NCBI GenBank assembly: GCA_951406725.2
Contig: OX597818.1
Coordinates: forward strand, 74,152,001 to 74,216,000
Length of the DNA stretch: 64,000 bases
Source of the DNA: Octopus vulgaris
Taxonomy: Eukaryota
Direction: 5' to 3'
The notes below the pieces were generated by a model that was not told the origin of the DNA, did not search any database, and saw only the letters and a list, made by a program, of their open reading frames with translations. The translations under genes and the position numbers were made by a program. Positions 62,834 through 64,000 of the stretch are shown one piece after another (within the stretch, counting starts at the first letter, position 1; each line of letters starts with the position of its first letter).

Positions 62834-63595
62834 ATATATTTATTTATTAATATATATATATATATATATGTATATAATGATTATTATATTTACTGTTGCG
62901 CCTGTTTTTGCTGCTGCTGTTGTGGTTGTTCTTGTTCTGAGACGTGGAGACCTGCATCAATTCCAAAACAACAGTTTTTATAAATAATATCTGCAATTTC
63001 CAACAGTAAGATGTTGCCCACAAAGAGGATGCTTCTCAACCATTGGTTGAAGGACCTATGAAAGGATATTGAGGAAGTTGAACCGCAGAAATTTCCATGA
63101 CAGCCATAACGGCAGGAAACAATTTATGCAAAACCACGTGAAACTCATAAGTGAATGTTACAAAGTAATTTTATTCTTTATTGAGGTTATGGGTGGAATA
63201 ATAAAAGCATTGCAAATAGATTCGTTTATATACAATAAACAATATTCCTACGTTCAAAGGATTTTTAAACTCGAAATCTATGCATACGAAAGACAAATAT
63301 TTATATTCATAAGTACACATAAACACAAAAATGCAAATACAGATTTATATCTATACAATACGAATATATATATATGTGTGTGTGTGTGTGTGTTTGTATG
63401 TGCATGTGTGTGTGTCTGTGTATGTGGGTGTACATATATGTATATAAAATGAATATTTATATACATATATATATATATATATATTGTGTATATACATATA
63501 TATAAATATATATCTTTTGTGTGTATGCGTATGTTTGTGTGTGCATGTGTGTGTGCGTTAGCGTGTGTGTGTGTGCATGTGTGTGTGCGTGTGTG

Positions 63596-63661
<66 letters not shown>

Positions 63662-63769
63662 TGTGTGTATCTGCATACGGATGTGTTTGAAACTTGTTTA
63701 AATTCAAAGAATTCTTTGATAATCACCAATTGCACGAAGAAATGCTTTCGCTTGAATGTGAACAATTTT

Positions 63770-63801
63770 ATTTATAATAATAACAATTATTATTATTGTT
63801 A

Positions 63802-63893
<92 letters not shown>

Positions 63894-64000
63894 TAGTTTT
63901 ATTTTTATAGCGTGCTTTCACTTCACTACCGAGCGCAGCTCTGTGTGCCTTGGGTATGTGCTGTGATTTGTTGTGATGCTCTGATGGTTATTGTATGGAA
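63770..64000 (-). mobile_element. (TAA)n tract abutting a probable 3' end of an R4/Dong-type LINE
   Basis: ttgggtatgtgc motif shared with 12769-12780 and 33628-33639, which adjoin R4-type fragments. Confidence 0.5.

Overview
Gene-poor, AT-rich animal genomic DNA saturated with microsatellites ((TA)n, (CA)n, (TAA)n, (TATG)n, (GATA)n). The SINE content suggests a cephalopod, probably Octopus (inference). No host protein-coding gene is supported, and nearly all listed ORFs are microsatellite translations or transposon debris. Recognisable content: CR1/L2-, Tx1/L1-, RTE- and many R4/Dong-type LINE fragments, three mariner elements, a hAT remnant, a decayed Gypsy pol with a candidate LTR, several tRNA-derived SINE families and Penelope-like elements (PLEs). 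The most striking signal is a set of short fold-back cassettes embedded in (TA)n tracts, most carrying minimal type I hammerhead ribozyme (HHR) motifs with palindromic stem III and several variant cores. The largest is a 1.5 kb PLE palindrome with 478 bp arms around an open GIY-YIG endonuclease frame. In two cassettes the fold-back apex sits at the 5' edge of the ribozyme. Also noted: a tRNA-like/HHR back-to-back element, a possible parvovirus-capsid-like relic, an AP-1-site minisatellite and a templated inverted capture inside a MITE. All calls were made by eye; no database searches were run.
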